Source: Bispira polyomma (Eukaryota). Taken from it: a stretch of DNA of 64,000 nt. The notes beneath the pieces are model-generated. The model was given only the letters and a program-made list of their open reading frames with translations, was not told the DNA's origin and did not search any database. Below, one piece after another: positions 61,432-64,000 of this stretch (its first letter is position 1; each line of letters begins with the position of its first letter). The position numbers and the translations under genes were made by a program. The DNA is taken from positions 30,504,001 to 30,568,000 of the forward strand of contig OZ287754.1 of NCBI GenBank assembly GCA_965649765.1, given 5' to 3'.

Positions 61432-62252
61432 TGTTACATATGGGGACATTGTGGTGTGTTGAAGAAAAACCGGTCTAGTTAGTACTAATGGTCTTACACT
61501 CTGCTAGAGTGATCTATTTATAGATTTGGGGAAACCCCTAAGCTTCTAGAAACCGGTTCTATTTTATTTCTGAAGGTTATTAAAGTTGTATTCATATGTA
61601 TATCTCATCTCTGGAATGTCCTGGCGATTGCTTACACGTTCTAGCAACCTTCTCTAGCAGTGGTATATATAAGGGTTGACAGCCTGGCCACAGACCAGAG
61701 TTAATTGAGCTGAGGTGCTATATGAGGTGCTATATGAATGCTATATGAACTACTATACTGTGGATATAAACTGTTTGTTATATACATTTTGTGGTGAACT
61801 CATTGGAGTGAACTAGATAAGAGTTGTGGATCTACCAGAGATTGGATTTACTGCATATTGGATATTGTTTGCATCCTGGACTGGATAGCTTAGTTGTGCA
61901 GACTATCTGGATATATACATTTTGTGTTTGTGGACGCTGAACGGATAACAGGATACAGGCATTGTGTGGACATTGAGCGGATCTCAAGACAGATTGCTGG
62001 ATACAGTGGACAAACTGGTTTAATTGTTATTTATGTGGACAGGACTGTGGCCAGGTCAGATTGGTTTCATTATTGTATTATTGTGTGAACTATTAAGGGT
62101 ATCTCAGTTGACTGTAATTTTATAATTTTGTAATTCTGTAATTGTTATTTTATTTGTTAAATAAATTTGTTAAGCGAAACTTTTTGTCTTTTCCTGTTAC
62201 AGCCTCAAAGCAACCGGTAATTGCTACCGCGTTTGCTCCCGTGACCGTAACA
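61432..62252 (+). repeat. 3' LTR
   Basis: Near-identical to the 5' LTR (four A/G differences spotted by eye). Confidence 0.95.
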
Positions 62253-62689
62253 TTATTATACTTTCCCTTATGAATAAAGCACCAAGGCCATTATGGGACG
62301 GAATACAGTTTTTCAACACATTCAAGGGAAAACAACTTAATAGAAGTTCTAATTAAAGGGGTTCGATGAAATAATTATTGTCACCAATGGCCACTTATAA
62401 TTACCAGATTGTTTAGATTATGAGTTAAACGTCATACAATTATGTCAGGCATTTCACTAAAAGAAGAAAGCAGATCAGAGTTGTTGGTCTCAATTTTGGC
62501 ACTTTAAACAACCAACCGTCAGCAAATACTCCTTAATTTGGAAAATCCAAAGACTAATAGCACAGTTAAGCACATTCGTTGTTTGGTGCAAAATAGTAAA
62601 CGCAGAAGTAATCCTCATGAAATTTTGCATTTCCAGAAAGCCTGTTATTCAAAGCTTTATTCCAGACCTATGATATACTGTAATTTTTA

Positions 62690-63620
62690 CCCTATATCAG
62701 GGTTTGTCATCTGTTATTCTTTAATTTAGATGTAAGTCTTATCTAGATTGAGCTATCTAGTAAGGGGATCCATTAGTCACAAATAAAACAATATAACCAT
62801 TCAAATTAACTACAGATTTGGACGTGGATCTATTAATCATCTCCTTGTAACAGGATCATATCAGTTCCACAACAAAATGATATCAGTATATTTATTGCTT
62901 TTCTTTTTTGGTAATACAGAAAGATTCGGTTCTTATTTTACATTTTAGAATTTCCCATATTAATGTTTTATTAGTTAAATTCTTACTATCTTCTACAGCT
63001 TCACTGATTGTAGATTCATTTTTAAAATGTAATCCTGCTCAAGAGGCTCGCATTTAATTTCCATAACCCCCTCTCTCTTTGTGTTCTGACTCTAAGAAAA
63101 TTTCAGAAGACTGTGATCGGATTTTATACTAGGTACTATATCAGCCTTATTTTTAACATATTCTAAACAACGTGAAATAAGAAAATAATCAATTATAGAC
63201 AGTTTAAAATCATACCTTGTGTTATCTCGCCAGGTAAACCTTACAGTATCTGGATGTTTTAATCTCCATATATCTATTGTTTCTTATACCCCGGATTTTT
63301 ACATGCTTTTGCTTGATTTTGAAACATATCATATTGACCACAAATAATTAAATTTTTCATAATTTTCCAGCTGTTCACACAGATACCTAAAAACATAACT
63401 CGATCATGTGCTTTGTCATTGTGGGGGCATATCAATTTACTGAGATGAATTAATTTTTACACAGGGTGATATCAGGCAACAAATACTTTCATAACTATCA
63501 TGTACTATATTTAAAATTGTAATATCTGCATCTTTAGATCTAGGTACAGCTATGCCTCTGCTGGTAGACGTACCATATAAGAATAAAATGTCTTTGTATA
63601 CAATGTCTTTTTTTAAATTT
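62690..63620 (-). mobile_element. Old L1/Tx1 ORF2 remnant (APE endonuclease and linker)
   Basis: YGTSTSRGIAV, YAPT, DIWRLKHPDTVRFTW, IDYFLIS, SDHS, EILKCKIR. Confidence 0.75.
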
Positions 63621-64000
63621 TTTTTCCAACAGTACATACATATACAAAGTAAACAAAATCAAAATTTTAACATATGAGACCAACCGTTCAATTACAATAT
63701 AAAATAAAATTCAAAACTATAAAAAAAAATAACAGTTCTATTTTTACAATGTAACAAAAGGGCTATATATATGTAACGTGTAAAATTCGATCTCAATTAC
63801 AACACAAATAAAATTCAAGAAATTTAAACAAAAATTTAACAGTTTCTATTTTCTATGTGTAATCTTCCACCAAAATATTATATTTCATTTTACTGAATAT
63901 TATCCAAGCTTGAAGCTAGACCACTTTTTGAAAAACCTTTCACCTTCACAGTTGGATCTTGCCAGAAAAACTTGCTCATTAAAAACTTTATTGAAGTAAT

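Larger units (their letters stand above)
57136..62252 (+). mobile_element. Gypsy LTR retrotransposon, Gmr1-like domain order, internally deleted
   Basis: Two 821-bp TG...CA LTRs, 4-bp TSD TTAT, tRNA-Pro PBS, PPT, order gag-PR-IN(partial)-RT(partial)-RH. Confidence 0.95.

Noticed and set aside
57598-62088. Identical 64-aa ORF at 57598 and 61894
   Set aside because: It lies inside the two LTRs, starts at TTG and has no recognisable motif; the identity reflects LTR youth.

Overview
AT-rich eukaryotic genomic DNA from an animal with spliceosomal GT-AG introns. A marine invertebrate, probably a lophotrochozoan, is inferred from the domain and repeat content but not proven. The left half holds two divergently transcribed genes for secreted proteins, assembled by hand from splice sites because the ORF track shows only fragments. 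Gene A (minus strand, at least 17 exons, 17713 to 690, running off the window) encodes signal peptide-[Ly6/uPAR three-finger-CBM14 chitin-binding-EGF-EGF]x2-Ly6/uPAR-Thr-rich linker and was built by an intragenic duplication. Gene B (plus strand, 8 coding exons, 29942-36246, about 298 aa) encodes one VWA domain between Cys-cluster and His/Tyr/Pro-rich ends. The right half is a nest of mobile elements. A hAT-type non-autonomous element (36982-50202) contains a decayed L1/Tx1 LINE whose ORF1 is fused to a NADAR (YbiA-like ADP-ribosylhydrolase/N-glycosidase) domain. That LINE is itself interrupted by a near full-length L2/CR1-group LINE whose ORF starts with a signal-peptide-like leader and a 2A-like NPGP motif, by a MITE, and by a second L2 fragment. 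Further right are DIRS/Ngaro and other LINE remnants, and a young, internally deleted Gmr1-type Gypsy LTR retrotransposon (57136-62252). The top leads are the ORF1-NADAR LINE, the signal-peptide/2A LINE leader, the LU-CBM14-EGF mosaic protein, and minisatellites made of tandemly amplified splice acceptors.
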